From assembly GCF_044647545.1 (NCBI RefSeq), contig NZ_CP172818.1: a stretch of 64,000 nucleotides of DNA; one strand, 5' to 3'. The DNA is from Escherichia coli. Its GTDB lineage: Bacteria > Pseudomonadota > Gammaproteobacteria > Enterobacterales > Enterobacteriaceae. The position numbers and the translations under genes are program-made. Below are positions 1 through 13,972 of this stretch, piece after piece (the first letter of the stretch is position 1; each line of letters starts with the position of its first letter). Below the pieces are notes generated by a model. That model worked only from the letters and a program-made list of their open reading frames with translations, did not search any database and was not told the DNA's origin.

Positions 1-60
1 TGCGATCTTTTCCTGTGTGGTACGCCGTCTGCGTTTCTCCGGCCCTAAGACATCAATCAT
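1..60 (-). CDS. insC: IS2 transposase OrfA (InsC), N-terminal 20 codons only; partial at window edge
   Basis: Minus-strand ATG at 58..60 reads MIDVLGPEKRRRRTTQEKIA to the window edge. Confidence 0.7.
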   Translation of the reverse strand, partial: MIDVLGPEKRRRRTTQEKIA

Positions 61-151
61 CTGTTCTCCAATGACTAGTCTAAAAACTAGTATTAAGACT
101 ATCACTTATTTAAGTGATATTGGTTGTCTGGAGATTCAGGGGGCCAGTCTA
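1..151 (-). mobile_element. IS2 left end (partial; element continues upstream of window), terminal inverted repeat ending at 151
   Basis: Reverse complement of 61..151 matches the IS2 left end as I recall it (TAGACTGGCCCCCTGAATCTCCAGACAACC...), followed by the insC start. Confidence 0.85.
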
Positions 152-206
152 AACCCCAGAACTTACTTATGCTGATTCCGGTGCGAAAATTGTTAATAAA
201 GGTACT
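152..206 (+). pseudogene. ydbA: 55-bp ydbA autotransporter fragment trapped between IS2 and IS30
   Basis: Reads in frame (…[15 protein letters not shown]) into the ydbA frame that resumes after IS30 once one copy of the CT duplication is removed. Confidence 0.6.
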
Positions 207-1427
207 TGTAGATTCAATTGGTCAACGCAACAGTTATGTGAAAACATGGGGTTGCGGAGGTTTTTTGAATGAGACGAACATTTACAGCAGAGGAAAAAGC
301 CTCTGTTTTTGAACTATGGAAGAACGGAACAGGCTTCAGTGAAATAGCGAATATCCTGGGTTCAAAACCCGGAACGATCTTCACTATGTTAAGGGATACT
401 GGCGGCATAAAACCCCATGAGCGTAAGCGGGCTGTAGCTCACCTGACACTGTCTGAGCGCGAGGAGATACGAGCTGGTTTGTCAGCCAAAATGAGCATTC
501 GTGCGATAGCTACTGCGCTGAATCGCAGTCCTTCGACGATCTCACGTGAAGTTCAGCGTAATCGGGGCAGACGCTATTACAAAGCTGTTGATGCTAATAA
601 CCGAGCCAACAGAATGGCGAAAAGGCCAAAACCGTGCTTACTGGATCAAAATTTACCATTGCGAAAGCTTGTTCTGGAAAAGCTGGAGATGAAATGGTCT
701 CCAGAGCAAATATCAGGATGGTTAAGGCGAACAAAACCACGTCAAAAAACGCTGCGAATATCACCTGAGACAATTTATAAAACGCTGTACTTTCGTAGCC
801 GTGAAGCGCTACACCACCTGAATATACAGCATCTGCGACGGTCGCATAGCCTTCGCCATGGCAGGCGTCATACCCGCAAAGGCGAAAGAGGTACGATTAA
901 CATAGTGAACGGAACACCAATTCACGAACGTTCCCGAAATATCGATAACAGACGCTCTCTAGGGCATTGGGAGGGCGATTTAGTCTCAGGTACAAAAAAC
1001 TCTCATATAGCCACACTTGTAGACCGAAAATCACGTTATACGATCATCCTTAGACTCAGGGGCAAAGATTCTGTCTCAGTAAATCAGGCTCTTACCGACA
1101 AATTCCTGAGTTTACCGTCAGAACTCAGAAAATCACTGACATGGGACAGAGGAATGGAACTGGCCAGACATCTAGAATTTACTGTCAGCACCGGCGTTAA
1201 AGTTTACTTCTGCGATCCTCAGAGTCCTTGGCAGCGGGGAACAAATGAGAACACAAATGGGCTAATTCGGCAGTACTTTCCTAAAAAGACATGTCTTGCC
1301 CAATATACTCAACATGAACTAGATCTGGTTGCTGCTCAGCTAAACAACAGACCGAGAAAGACACTGAAGTTCAAAACACCGAAAGAGATAATTGAAAGGG
1401 GTGTTGCATTGACAGATTGAATCTACA
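207..1427 (+). mobile_element. IS30, complete 1221-bp copy
   Basis: Imperfect 26-bp terminal inverted repeats (TGTAGATTCAATTGGTCAACGCAACA at 207..232, about 23 of 26 matching at 1402..1427), 2-bp CT target duplication at 205..206 and 1428..1429, one long transposase ORF. Confidence 0.9.
269..1420 (+). CDS. insI: IS30 transposase InsI (383 aa, DDE family)
   Basis: 383-aa ORF filling IS30; N-terminal helix-turn-helix and C-terminal DDE region recognised as IS30 transposase. Confidence 0.9.
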   Translation: MRRTFTAEEKASVFELWKNGTGFSEIANILGSKPGTIFTMLRDTGGIKPHERKRAVAHLTLSEREEIRAGLSAKMSIRAIATALNRSPSTISREVQRNRGRRYYKAVDANNRANRMAKRPKPCLLDQNLPLRKLVLEKLEMKWSPEQISGWLRRTKPRQKTLRISPETIYKTLYFRSREALHHLNIQHLRRSHSLRHGRRHTRKGERGTINIVNGTPIHERSRNIDNRRSLGHWEGDLVSGTKNSHIATLVDRKSRYTIILRLRGKDSVSVNQALTDKFLSLPSELRKSLTWDRGMELARHLEFTVSTGVKVYFCDPQSPWQRGTNENTNGLIRQYFPKKTCLAQYTQHELDLVAAQLNNRPRKTLKFKTPKEIIERGVALTD

Positions 1428-4400
1428 CTGTTGAAATTCAGAATTTAGGTTTTGCTTTTGTTACTGGTGAAAATACAACAGGTATAAATAGTGGCACGAT
1501 CTCGTTATTACAAAATGGTAAAGATCCGGCACCGTCTCCCATTGTTTTACTGGCTACTAACGGAGGGAGCGCCACTAATGCAGGTACGATCACAGGTAAA
1601 GTGACGGAACAACATAGCGTATTTAACAAGTATTCAACGGGCACATCGAATTCATTTATTTTTAATAACGATGTCAGTAGCATAACAGGGTTAGTCGCTC
1701 AATCGAATAGCACAATTATCAATACTGACAGCGGCATCATTGATTTGTATGGTCGTGGTAGTGTCGGCATGCTTGCTATAGCAGATTCAACAGCAGAAAA
1801 TCAGGGTAAAATTACACTGGATTCTATGTGGGTAGATGCAAATGACACTACCGCAATGCGAGATATAGCTAGCAACAGCGCCATTGACTTCGGTACAGGT
1901 GTGGGAGTTGGTACTGATAGTTATAGTGGTGCAGGGAAAAATGCAACAGCAATTAACCAATTGGGCGGTGTTATAACTATTTATAACGCCGGCGCAGGTA
2001 TGGCGGCCTATGGCGCCAGCAATACAGTTATTAACCAGGGGACGATTAACCTCGAAAAAAATGGTAATTATGACGATAGTCTGGCAGCAAATACTCTGGT
2101 AGGGATGGCTGTTTATGAGCATGGTACTGCTATCAACGACCAGACGGGTGTTATCAATATCAATGTTGGTACTGGTCAGGCGTTTTATAACGATGGCACA
2201 GGAACAATTGTTAACTATGGTACAATCTGCACTTTCGGCGTGTGCCAATCGGGGAATGAGTACAATAATACAGATGATTTCACCTCACTGATCTATACCG
2301 GTGGCGATACGATTACACGAAGCGGAGAAACTGTAACGCTAAATAAATCTGCTGCTGTGACTGATAAGCTGGCTGGGAATGTTGTTAATAGCGGAACGCT
2401 TTCCGGTGATCAAATTACGGTATCAAGCGGTCTTCTGGAAAATACCAGCGGTGGCATCATCAATAACTTAGTAAAACTTGACAAGGGTGCCGTCATTAAA
2501 AATGCCGGGGTGATGACGAATAACGTCGATGTTAGCGGTGGAATCCTCAATAATGCCGGAGAAATGACTGCGCAAATTACCATGAATGCTGGTGCTGATA
2601 GTTCGTTAGTGAACAACACCGGAACCATCAATAAAATCGTGCAGAACGCGGGGGTATTCAATAATAGTGGCAGTGTAACAGGGCGGATGATGTCGGCTGG
2701 CGGGGTCTTTAATAATCAAACTGACGGGGCGATTATGAGAGGTGCTGCGCTGACAGGTACTGCAGTGGCAAATAACGAAGGAACCTGGAACCTCGGAAGT
2801 AGTAGTGAGGGTAACAACACCGGGATGCTGGAAGTTAATAATAATTCAGCTTTCAATAACCGCGGCGAGTTTATTCTTGATAACGACAAGAATGCTGTGC
2901 ACATCAACCAGTCCGGTACGCTTTATAATACCGGTCACATGAACATCAGTAATTCTTCCCACAACGGAGCCGTTAATATGTGGGGCGGAAATGGTCGTTT
3001 TATCAATGACGGAACGATTGATGTTTCTGCGAAGTCACTGGTAGTCAGCGCTAATAATGCCGGCGATCAGAATGCCTTCTTCTGGAACCAGGATAACGGG
3101 GTCATCAACTTCGATCACGACAGCGCCAGTGCCGTGAAAGTCACCCACAGCAACTTTATTGCCCAGAATGACGGCATCATGAACATCAGCGGCACCGGTG
3201 CTGTGGCTATGGAAGGTGATAAGAACGCGCAGCTGGTTAACAATGGCACCATCAACCTCGGTACCGCAGGCACTACTGACACGGGTATGATCGGTATGCA
3301 ACTCGATGCCAACGCCACGGCGGATGCGGTAATCGAAAACAACGGCACCATCAATATCTTCGCCAATGACTCGTTTGCATTTAGCGTACTGGGTACAGTA
3401 GGTCATGTGGTTAACAACGGCACGGTGGTGATTGCCGATGGGGTTACGGGTTCTGGACTGATCAAGCAGGGCGACAGCATCAATGTTGAAGGTATGAACG
3501 GTAACAACGGTAATAGCAGCGAAGTGCATTATGGCGACTATACGTTGCCGGATGTGCCGAAGCCCAATACGGTTAGTGTAACGTCGGGAAGTGATGAGGC
3601 TGGTGGCAGCATGAACAACCTCAACGGCTATGTCGTCGGTACCAACGTTAACGGCAGCGCCGGGAAGCTGAAGGTTAACAATGCCAGCATGAACGGCGTG
3701 GAGATTAACACGGGCTTTACCGCTGGTACGGCAGACACCACTGTGAGTTTTGATAACGTAGTGGAAGGTAGCAACCTGACCGACGCTGACGCCATCACCT
3801 CAACGTCCGTGGTATGGACTGCCAAAGGCAGCACCGATGCCAGCGGTAACGTTGACGTCACCATGAGCAAAAATGCCTACACCGATGTGGCAACAGATGC
3901 CTCGGTGAATGACATCGCGAAAGCACTGGATGCGGGTTACACCAACAACGAACTGTTTACCAGCCTGAACGTCGGCACGACTGCTGAACTGAACAGTGCT
4001 CTGAAACAGGTCAGCGGTAGCCAGGCGACCACGGTATTCCGCGAAGCGCGCGTGTTAAGCAACCGCTTTAGTATGCTGGCAGATGCCGCGCCGAAAGTGG
4101 GTAACGGTCTGGCGTTCAACGTTGTCGCGAAAGGCGATCCGCGTGCCGAGTTAGGTAATAATACCGAATACGACATGCTGGCATTGCGTAAAACTATCGA
4201 CCTGAGCGAAAGCCAGACGATGAGTCTGGAGTACGGTATCGCTCGTCTCGATGGTGATGGTGCGCAGAAAGCGGGTGATAATGGCGTTACAGGCGGTTAT
4301 AGCCAGTTTTTTGGCCTGAAACATCAGATGTCGTTCGATAACGGCATGAACTGGAATAACGCCTTGCGTTACGACGTTCACAACCTTGACAGCAGCCGCT

Positions 4401-4924
4401 CGATTGCATTTGGCAACACGAACAAAACGGCTGATACCGACGTGAAACAGCAGTACCTGGAGTTCCGCAGCGAAGGGGCGAAGACTTTCGAACCGAGCGA
4501 AGGACTGAAGGTTACGCCATATGCGGGTGTAAAACTGCGTCACACACTGGAAGGTGGCTATCAGGAGCGCAATGCCGGAGACTTTAACCTGAATATGAAC
4601 AGTGGCAGCGAAACGGCGGTGGACAGCATCGTCGGGCTGAAACTGGACTACGCAGGTAAAGACGGCTGGAGCGCTAGCGCTACGCTGGAAGGCGGGCCGA
4701 ACCTGAGCTACGCGAAGAGCCAGCGTACGGCAAGCCTGGCAGGCGCAGGCAGTCAGCACTTTAACGTCGATGACGGTCAGAAGGGCGGCGGCATCAATAG
4801 CCTGACAAGCGTCGGCGTGAAGTACAGCAGCAAAGAAAGTTCGCTGAATCTGGATGCGTACAACTGGAAAGAGGATGGCATCAGCGATAAAGGCGTGATG
4901 CTGAACTTCAAGAAAACGTTCTAA
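1428..4924 (+). pseudogene. ydbA: ydbA C-terminal portion: autotransporter passenger repeats plus beta-barrel translocator; gene disrupted by IS2 and IS30
   Basis: Open frame runs from the IS30 junction with no start of its own; Gly/Asn/Thr-rich repeats and a C-terminal barrel ending in F; annotated ORF 1601..4924 is the internal Met-start part. Confidence 0.8.
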
Positions 4925-4944
4925 TTTTTAGCATGTGATACCTA

Positions 4945-4977
4945 AACCGCAACGCTGATACAGGTTGCGGTTTTTTA
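4945..4977 (+). terminator. Rho-independent terminator downstream of ydbA
   Basis: GC stem AACCGCAAC / GTTGCGGTT followed by a T6 run. Confidence 0.65.
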
Positions 4978-5131
4978 TTGCCGGATGCGGCGCTTGACGC
5001 GTTTTGTTTTGGTGTCTTCCAGGACAATAGAGCAACTCATCCAGTAATCTTGTTTACGCCTTCGCATTATTTAACTCTTTTCGTTTCTATACTGATTTTT
5101 CTGAATTCGTTTTATTACAGGGCAGGGTGCG

Positions 5132-5992
5132 ATGAGCAGCAATACATTTACTCTCGGTACAAAATCCGTTAACCGTCTTGGTTATGGCGCGATGCAACTG
5201 GCAGGTCCTGGGGTTTTTGGCCCCCCAAGAGATCGCCACGTCGCTATAACCGTGCTGCGTGAGGCGCTGGCATTGGGCGTCAATCACATTGATACCAGCG
5301 ACTTTTATGGTCCGCACGTCACCAATCAGATTATCCGCGAAGCGCTTTATCCTTACTCTGACGACCTGACCATTGTTACTAAAATTGGGGCGCGGCGTGG
5401 AGAGGACGCCTCCTGGTTGCCCGCATTTTCTCCGGCAGAGTTGCAAAAAGCGGTGCACGATAATCTACGTAATCTCGGGCTGGACGTACTGGATGTGGTT
5501 AACCTGCGCGTTATGATGGGGGATGGTCATGGCCCAGCGGAAGGATCGATTGAAGCCAGCCTGACCGTGCTGGCAGAGATGCAAGAACAAGGCCTGGTAA
5601 AACATATTGGCCTGAGCAACGTCACACCGACGCAGGTTGCAGAGGCGCGTAAGATTACCGAAATCGTCTGTGTGCAGAACGAATACAACATTGCTCATCG
5701 TGCTGATGACGCAATGATTGATGCTTTGGCTCGTGACGGCATTGCCTACGTGCCGTTCTTTCCGCTCGGGGGCTTTACGCCGCTGCAATCTTCAACGCTT
5801 TCCGATGTTGCTGCGAGCCTGGGTGCAACACCAATGCAGGTAGCGCTGGCGTGGCTGTTACAACGTTCACCGAATATTTTGTTGATTCCTGGAACATCTT
5901 CTGTTGCGCATTTACGGGAGAATATGGCCGCAGAAAAATTGCATCTTTCTGAGGAAGTGTTGTCTACGTTGGATGGTATTTCGCGAGAATAA
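5132..5992 (+). CDS. ydbC: Aldo-keto reductase family oxidoreductase
   Basis: 286-aa ORF with aldo-keto reductase motifs (…HIDTSDFYG…); Shine-Dalgarno-like site upstream. Confidence 0.85.
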   Translation: MSSNTFTLGTKSVNRLGYGAMQLAGPGVFGPPRDRHVAITVLREALALGVNHIDTSDFYGPHVTNQIIREALYPYSDDLTIVTKIGARRGEDASWLPAFSPAELQKAVHDNLRNLGLDVLDVVNLRVMMGDGHGPAEGSIEASLTVLAEMQEQGLVKHIGLSNVTPTQVAEARKITEIVCVQNEYNIAHRADDAMIDALARDGIAYVPFFPLGGFTPLQSSTLSDVAASLGATPMQVALAWLLQRSPNILLIPGTSSVAHLRENMAAEKLHLSEEVLSTLDGISRE

Positions 5993-6055
5993 CGAATATA
6001 CAAAAGGGAAAGATGCATTTCCCTTTTGTTTCTTTTTTAATGGCATGGAGTGCAT

Positions 6056-8362
6056 ATGTTTAAGCCCAGGATTTGCAGCTGGATAGGTTTACTTCCCCTG
6101 TTTATGCTGAGTCTTCCAGTACAGGCGGACCTTCGATGTGTTGCAAATGCAGTTGATATTGAACCATTTTTTTCTGCGGCTACCGCTGAAGATAAACAAC
6201 AAGTTGAACAAGCTATCAACAGTAGCGTGAATCTTGTCCCCTTCGGTTTATCTGCATCGGACTGGAAAGTGCATCGTGGCGATTTAGTGGTAGACGGTAA
6301 TATAGAGAGTAATCAAAAATTGATTGTTCTTGGCAATTTGACAGTCAAAGGTAATATTTCCACTTTCTCTCTTTCTAATCCATGGGTTATTCTCGGTAAC
6401 GTGACGGCAACGAATATAGTTACGGATTCACCACTGTTAATTACCGGTTCGATAAATGCAAGTGGACTGGTATTTATCGACTCATATTACGATAATCCGT
6501 CTACGATTAAGGGGAGTATTAATGCGCGTGGGATATTTATCAATGACATAATTGCACCTGTTGTTGCGTCTTCGACAAATAGTGAATTCATGGTCCGTGC
6601 GAGTGACAAAAATGACACTGAAAATGTCAAAAAAGCGCTGATGATAATAAATCCTGATGCATATTATTGGGATCTAATAAATGATGAAGATGCTCTGAAA
6701 GAAATTTTTAAGCGAAGCAATATTCGCATGGCAGGGAATGTCTGTAATCTGATGAAAAAAGAAGCGCTGTTTCGCCCTAAGCCTTCTCCTGAGTTAGTGC
6801 AGGAATTGCAAATGCTGGATGAAGGCAACGTTGCTGCATTTGAAGGACGAGATATTGCGACATTTGATCTTGCCATAATGCGAACTCTCCCAAGGCTTAA
6901 AGGAATTTCAGCTAACCTACGCAAACAACTTATTAATAGCAATGATGGACAAACGATTGAAAGTATGGCGAGATATATGCCTGACAATGAGATTCTGGAG
7001 TTGACCGATCAGCAATTGGGTTACCAGCCTGTTGTTCTGGGGTTGCTCGACCGTGAACCGCTCTCTGTCGAAATAATGACGCGAATGAGTCATCTACCTG
7101 ATGGTGTCGGTCCGTTGAATCTTGCGCTACGTGAAAATCTCCCTCTGGATATCGTCATGACTCTGGCGAAAAGAGATTGGGATATGATCATTCAGGAGCT
7201 TTATAAAGATGCGTGGTTATTGCCCGAATCCATTATTGATGGCTATATCCGCAGTGATGATTCCTCTATTCGTCAGGTCGGTGCTGGAGGACAACTCACC
7301 TACAATCAGGCAATGCAGTTGGCGAACGATTCATCAAACGATGTTGTCACAAGCTTAGCGTCAAAGCTGGCAGAGATGAAACACCATGGTCAATTGTTGC
7401 GGATGACGCCACAAGAGAGTGACAAAATAGCAGTATATTTATACCAAAAATTCGAGAATGACGATGATCTAATAGGTGCGTTATTTTTAGCGTTGCCAGA
7501 TAACTTACAGTTTAATTTTGTTAAAAGGATGGAGAAAAAATCCCCTGCCTACTTTTGCTGTCGGGATATGCAGGTAATTCACTCTGACGCTGCTTTACAA
7601 CGGTTATTGACACGTTTCAACGATCCTGAGGGGTGGAGTAATCTGGCGAAAAATCAGTATCTGAGTACGGCGATGAAACAAAAAATTTGGCATCGCGCTT
7701 TATCGCATCGAAAAAATAATCCGAAAGCAGATTCTGCAGCATATGAAACCAGCGCTGATATGATTTTGTCGGAGCTTATCAGCTACGGTGAAGTTGATGA
7801 CCAGATGCTATTAAATGCCGCCTCTCTGATACGTTCGGAAGGCTGGGACTTTTTAGAGAGTGCATTAGTTAGTTGGGATAATTTACCCGCTGTTGTCCTC
7901 AAGGAATTACAGCAAAATATGCCACGCAATGATATTTGGGCGAAGTTTTTTCTGAGGCAGGAAAACAGCTCTCGTGCGCAGGTTAACGAAGCGTTACGTG
8001 TTTATTATGCACTAGACCCCGATGCGTTAGCACAACTGGATGTACTGGCAAAACAACCGGATCGTATATGGTGGAGTTCGCTGGCGAAAAGCAATCTTAC
8101 ATTTTTCAAGTTCGGTGCACTTAACAATCGCCATACACCGTCTGCGGCACTGGCGGCAGAAATTGATCCCGAGTGGTGGATTGTGGCGATGAATAATCCC
8201 CGTTTTCCAGTTGATGTATTAAAGGCGAGGCTGAAACGTGATCCTTTGCTGGCGTTAGAGCTTGTTAAACCTGAACTGGATTTAGTCCGCCAGCTGGCGC
8301 TTAACGGTAAGACGCGCGCAATACGGGAACAAGCGATGAGAAAACTTGATGAGTTGTATTGA
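6056..8362 (+). CDS. ydbD: Secreted protein YdbD of unknown function (signal peptide, beta-helix-like repeats, C-terminal helical repeats)
   Basis: 768-aa ORF from the ATG at 6056 (track ORF begins at an upstream GTG, 6050); N-terminal signal peptide …LSLPVQA. Confidence 0.8.
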   Translation: MFKPRICSWIGLLPLFMLSLPVQADLRCVANAVDIEPFFSAATAEDKQQVEQAINSSVNLVPFGLSASDWKVHRGDLVVDGNIESNQKLIVLGNLTVKGNISTFSLSNPWVILGNVTATNIVTDSPLLITGSINASGLVFIDSYYDNPSTIKGSINARGIFINDIIAPVVASSTNSEFMVRASDKNDTENVKKALMIINPDAYYWDLINDEDALKEIFKRSNIRMAGNVCNLMKKEALFRPKPSPELVQELQMLDEGNVAAFEGRDIATFDLAIMRTLPRLKGISANLRKQLINSNDGQTIESMARYMPDNEILELTDQQLGYQPVVLGLLDREPLSVEIMTRMSHLPDGVGPLNLALRENLPLDIVMTLAKRDWDMIIQELYKDAWLLPESIIDGYIRSDDSSIRQVGAGGQLTYNQAMQLANDSSNDVVTSLASKLAEMKHHGQLLRMTPQESDKIAVYLYQKFENDDDLIGALFLALPDNLQFNFVKRMEKKSPAYFCCRDMQVIHSDAALQRLLTRFNDPEGWSNLAKNQYLSTAMKQKIWHRALSHRKNNPKADSAAYETSADMILSELISYGEVDDQMLLNAASLIRSEGWDFLESALVSWDNLPAVVLKELQQNMPRNDIWAKFFLRQENSSRAQVNEALRVYYALDPDALAQLDVLAKQPDRIWWSSLAKSNLTFFKFGALNNRHTPSAALAAEIDPEWWIVAMNNPRFPVDVLKARLKRDPLLALELVKPELDLVRQLALNGKTRAIREQAMRKLDELY

Positions 8363-8532
8363 ATAACAGCGTAATATTTTTTAACCCTTTGATTAATTGG
8401 GGATAATCATTCCTGACAGTGAGTCCCCAATACCTTGATATATTCTGAATTTTTAATGAAGCGGCGTGTTGCGATATCTCCATCAGGGGAATTGATGCAC
8501 CATAGCGCAAACCGAATTATCAAGGATTGATA

Positions 8533-9138
8533 ATGACGCTCTACCAGATAAAACCGCTCTTTCAGTCGCTGTTAAGGCCGACGATGTTTTGGCTTTATAA
8601 GCACCACGTTACAGCGAATCACATCACTCTTGCTGCACTGGCGCTTTCTCTTCTTACCGGATTGCTGTTGATGTTGGTGGCACAACCCATCCTCTTTTTG
8701 CTATTGCCTATCGTGCTTTTTATCCGTATGGCGCTCAATGCGCTGGATGGCATGTTGGCGCGTGAGTGCAATCAGCAAACACGTCTGGGGGAGATTTTGA
8801 ATGAAACTGGCGATGTTATTTCCGATATTGCGCTCTATTTACCGTTTTTATTTTTACCGGAAAGTAACCCATCACTCGTAATACTCATGTTATTTTGCAC
8901 CATATTGACTGAGTTTTGTGGTTTACTCGCGCAGACGATTAACGGTATTCGCAGTTTTGCCGGTCCATTTGGCAAAAGCGATCGCGCGTTAATATTTGGT
9001 CTGTGGGGGCTAGCCGTTGCCATTTATCCACAGTGGATGCAATGGAATAATCTTTTATGGGGCATTGCTTCAATTCTGCTTATCTGGACTGCGATTAATC
9101 GTTGTCGGAGTGTGCTCCTGATGAGTGCTGAAAGATAA
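8533..9138 (+). CDS. ynbA: CDP-alcohol phosphatidyltransferase family membrane protein
   Basis: 201-aa hydrophobic ORF from the ATG at 8533 carrying a D-G-x2-A-R…G…D-type motif; stop overlaps the ynbB start (TAATG). Confidence 0.8.
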   Translation: MTLYQIKPLFQSLLRPTMFWLYKHHVTANHITLAALALSLLTGLLLMLVAQPILFLLLPIVLFIRMALNALDGMLARECNQQTRLGEILNETGDVISDIALYLPFLFLPESNPSLVILMLFCTILTEFCGLLAQTINGIRSFAGPFGKSDRALIFGLWGLAVAIYPQWMQWNNLLWGIASILLIWTAINRCRSVLLMSAER

Positions 9139-10034
9139 TGATGGAAAAATCTCTGGCAACACTTTTCGCGTTGTTAATTTTAGCAACGCTGATAAACCGT
9201 TTTCGGGTATGGCGGTTACCGGAGAGAAAAGGGGATGAAGTTACATTACGTATTCGTACCTGGTGGGGCATCGTCATTTGTTTTTCACTGGTGATTTCAG
9301 GTCCACGCTGGATGACGTTGACGTTTTTTGCGCTGATAAGTTTTCTGGCATTGAAAGAATATTGTACGCTTATATCCGTACATTTTCCGCGTTGGTTATA
9401 TTGGGGTATTCCTCTTAACTATTTGCTTATCGGTCATAATTGCTTTGAGCTGTTTCTGTTATTTATACCTTTGGCTGGGTTTCTGATATTAGCCACCTGG
9501 CAAGTTTTTGTGGGTGACCCCTCCGGTTTTCTGCATACAGTGAGCGCCATTTTTTGGGGCTGGATAATGACCGTTTTCGCCTTGAGTCATGCCGCCTGGT
9601 TATTAATGTTGCCAACCATAAATATCCAGGGCGAGGCGTTACTGGTGTTATTTCTTTTGGCATTAACCGAGTCAAACGATATTGCACAGTATTTATGGGG
9701 AAAATCCTGCGGCAGAAGAAAAGTGGTCCCCAAAGTCAGCCCGGGAAAAACGCTGGAAGGTCTGGTGGGGGGCGTAATCACCACCATGATTGCGTCACTA
9801 ATTATTGGACCGTTGCTGACACCGCTAAATACATTACAGGCATTATTAGCGGGTTTGTTAATTGGTATTAGTGGTTTTTGCGGCGATGTAGTGATGTCAG
9901 CCATCAAACGAGATATTGGTGTTAAAGATAGTGGAAAACTATTACCAGGACATGGCGGACTCCTTGACAGGATTGACTCATTAATTTTCACCGCTCCGGT
10001 ATTTTTTTATTTTATTCGCTACTGCTGTTACTGA
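9138..10034 (+). CDS. ynbB: CDP-diglyceride synthetase (CdsA) paralogue, membrane protein
   Basis: 298-aa hydrophobic ORF with a CdsA-like C-terminal signature (…KRDIGVKDSGKLLPGHGGLLDRIDS…). Confidence 0.8.
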   Translation: MMEKSLATLFALLILATLINRFRVWRLPERKGDEVTLRIRTWWGIVICFSLVISGPRWMTLTFFALISFLALKEYCTLISVHFPRWLYWGIPLNYLLIGHNCFELFLLFIPLAGFLILATWQVFVGDPSGFLHTVSAIFWGWIMTVFALSHAAWLLMLPTINIQGEALLVLFLLALTESNDIAQYLWGKSCGRRKVVPKVSPGKTLEGLVGGVITTMIASLIIGPLLTPLNTLQALLAGLLIGISGFCGDVVMSAIKRDIGVKDSGKLLPGHGGLLDRIDSLIFTAPVFFYFIRYCCY

Positions 10035-10049
10035 AGGAAAATAGAGAAA

Positions 10050-13113
<3,064 letters not shown>

Positions 13114-13122
13114 GCGGATTGA

Positions 13123-13152
13123 GATGTGGACTGAATATCTACAGTCCACATC
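13123..13152. terminator. Bidirectional hairpin between convergent ynbD and azoR
   Basis: 11-bp inverted repeat GATGTGGACTG / CAGTCCACATC in the 53-bp convergent gap. Confidence 0.5.
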
Positions 13153-13166
13153 AAAATAGTGTCCGG

Positions 13167-13781
<615 letters not shown>

Positions 13782-13972
13782 TTATAGATGTTTGAATGGG
13801 CGATGCCCCGTTGCTTGTTGACACTTTATTCACAATCCTGCCACAGAGATAGCGCAATAAATCGAAGCCTATGTTCGAATTTATTGAACAACGCATAGAA
13901 AGCCGCGATGTGGTACTCTATATCTATCATTTAAAAGAAAATTAATCAGGCAGCCTACTGCCCACTAACGTT

